A stretch of 32,000 nucleotides of DNA, from positions 150,001-182,000 of the forward strand of contig NC_014972.1 in NCBI RefSeq assembly GCF_000186885.1, given 5' to 3'. Positions 31,089 to 32,000 of this stretch are shown one piece after another. Numbering within the stretch: position 1 is the stretch's first letter; every line of letters begins with the position of its first letter. This stretch comes from Desulfobulbus propionicus DSM 2032 (lineage in GTDB: Bacteria; Desulfobacterota; Desulfobulbia; Desulfobulbales; Desulfobulbaceae). The position numbers were made by a program, and so were the translations under genes. A model generated the notes under the pieces. The model was not told where the DNA came from and made no database searches. It worked only from the letters and a program-made list of their open reading frames with translations.

Positions 31089-31349
31089 TCAAGCATCAAC
31101 CTTTTCGGCTCCTGATTGCTCGCGGGTCTGTTTGAGCTTTGTACGTCCCCACGCGTAGATTCCGACAAGCGCTGGCAACGCAATATCCCCGCCAAGCAGA
31201 CCATGGGATCTCACCTGGATAGCCTCAGCCTGCTGCTGCATATCGCTTAACATGGCGATTATCTCCTTGATGTCAACACCAAGGAACTGCATCCCAACAA
31301 TGGCAATTACGGCCCACACCATTTTTCCCTCGCTGTTTCGCTCCATCAT
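31089..31349 (-). CDS. Small 2-TM membrane protein, holin-like, 86 aa
   Basis: The TM segments are MVWAVIAIVGMQFLGV and LLGGDIALPALVGIYAW, with a charged C-terminus. It lies immediately upstream of the endolysin, and an ATGA-type overlap links it to the preceding gene. Confidence 0.55.
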   Translation of the reverse strand: MMERNSEGKMVWAVIAIVGMQFLGVDIKEIIAMLSDMQQQAEAIQVRSHGLLGGDIALPALVGIYAWGRTKLKQTREQSGAEKVDA

Positions 31350-31723
31350 TGCTCTCTCCTTTCCCCGTGTGGAGGGGGATAGATTTCAATCTTTCTTCGT
31401 TCAAGCCGCTCAAAAATAGCCTTGATATCTTCCTGCATTTCTCCGATCAGGGCTTGAATGACGGCGATGTTCGTCCGGATTTCCCCGGCCTGTTCCAACT
31501 GCTGCAGGGCCGCGGTGGACATGGACTGCTGCACGACCGTCAAAATTTCCTTTCGTAGATCGGCAACGATCTGTTCCTGGGTAGACTTGAGCGATTCAAG
31601 CTGTTGTTCGAACTCCCGGGATTTTCTGCCGGCTATAAAGGACCAGGTCGCCACGGCGATCAAGGCTGCGCTGATGGCGCCCAACACCTCACGCCACCAG
31701 CTTATTTCTTCACCTGTAGGCAT
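31346..31723 (-). CDS. N-terminally membrane-anchored coiled-coil protein (lysis-cassette accessory, holin/spanin-like), 125 aa
   Basis: This is the inner part of ORF 31346..31813. The ATG at 31723 follows GAAGGAGAG. It has a TM segment (VLGAISAALIAVATWSFIAG) and then heptad-like EFEQQLESLKSTQEQIVADLRKE. Confidence 0.5.
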   Translation of the reverse strand: MPTGEEISWWREVLGAISAALIAVATWSFIAGRKSREFEQQLESLKSTQEQIVADLRKEILTVVQQSMSTAALQQLEQAGEIRTNIAVIQALIGEMQEDIKAIFERLERRKIEIYPPPHGERREQ

Positions 31724-31837
31724 CTTCTCTCCTTCATGGTCTCGCCATAGAGCCCGGACAGTGTAGGCGACCCCGGCCTCCGGGCCGATGTTGCCCTCGT
31801 CCTGGCGTCCCAATGCTGGTTTGTCCCATCGGGGGTG

Positions 31838-32000
31838 CTATAGGGTGGCGGCCAGAGTAAAAAGATTGTCAATTTCTTCGTTGGTCAAACCCATTGCCCC
31901 GGCTATCGTGGTCAGCGTCGGCCAGTCTCTCTGTATTTCCTGCGCGTACTCCCACTCAATCCGCGCCCGGTCTCCAGCATCTCCCGCCATGTTGGCAACG
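31838..32000 (-). CDS. C-terminal end of a gene continuing beyond the right edge (hypothetical, phage-like context)
   Basis: My own translation reads ...VANMAGDAGDRARIEWEYAQEIQRDWPTLTTIAGAMGLTNEEIDNLFTLAATL-stop (stop at 31838-31840). The frame stays open to base 32000. It is not in the ORF track. Confidence 0.4.
   Translation of the reverse strand, partial: VANMAGDAGDRARIEWEYAQEIQRDWPTLTTIAGAMGLTNEEIDNLFTLAATL

Overview
The window is a mosaic of mobile and accessory DNA in three compositional blocks. Family names come from motifs I recognised by eye; no database search was run.

**Block 1 (1-1040, lower GC).** It holds the N-terminal 321 codons of a SIR2_2-type, defence-like gene on the minus strand. 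The gene runs off the left edge and is missing from the ORF track. It ends at a truncated IS3-family element (1042-1320).

**Block 2 (about 1.3-25.4 kb, GC-rich).** This block contains:
- a Cu/Ag P1B-ATPase with an unusual N-terminus and a coupled small membrane protein;
- an iron-sulfur repair (RIC) gene;
- a segmentally duplicated stress islet: one RIC gene plus a deleted RIC remnant, and three copies (two intact) of an uncharacterised 69-aa acidic protein, each with its own terminator;
- a DUF6448-like secreted protein and an AbiEi-like fragment;
- a 16-gene, tightly overlapping F-type type IV secretion operon on the minus strand: OmpA-like, traA-L-E-K-B-V-C-W-U, trbC, trbI-like, S26 peptidase, traF-H-G. 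An unlinked lytic transglycosylase sits nearby. The operon is preceded by a sigma-70-like gene and a partner gene.

No TraN, relaxase or coupling protein is present in the window.

**Block 3 (25.4-32 kb, lower GC).** This block contains:
- a TrfA-type replication initiator with Xis-like, Cro-like and XRE regulators and shared GATC-rich operators;
- an 850-bp ORF-poor, repeat-dense region, which is my top candidate for something new;
- a RelE/HigB-type toxin-antitoxin pair;
- a 50-nt 3' fragment of tRNA-Arg(CCT), read as an att junction;
- a phage-type lysis cassette.
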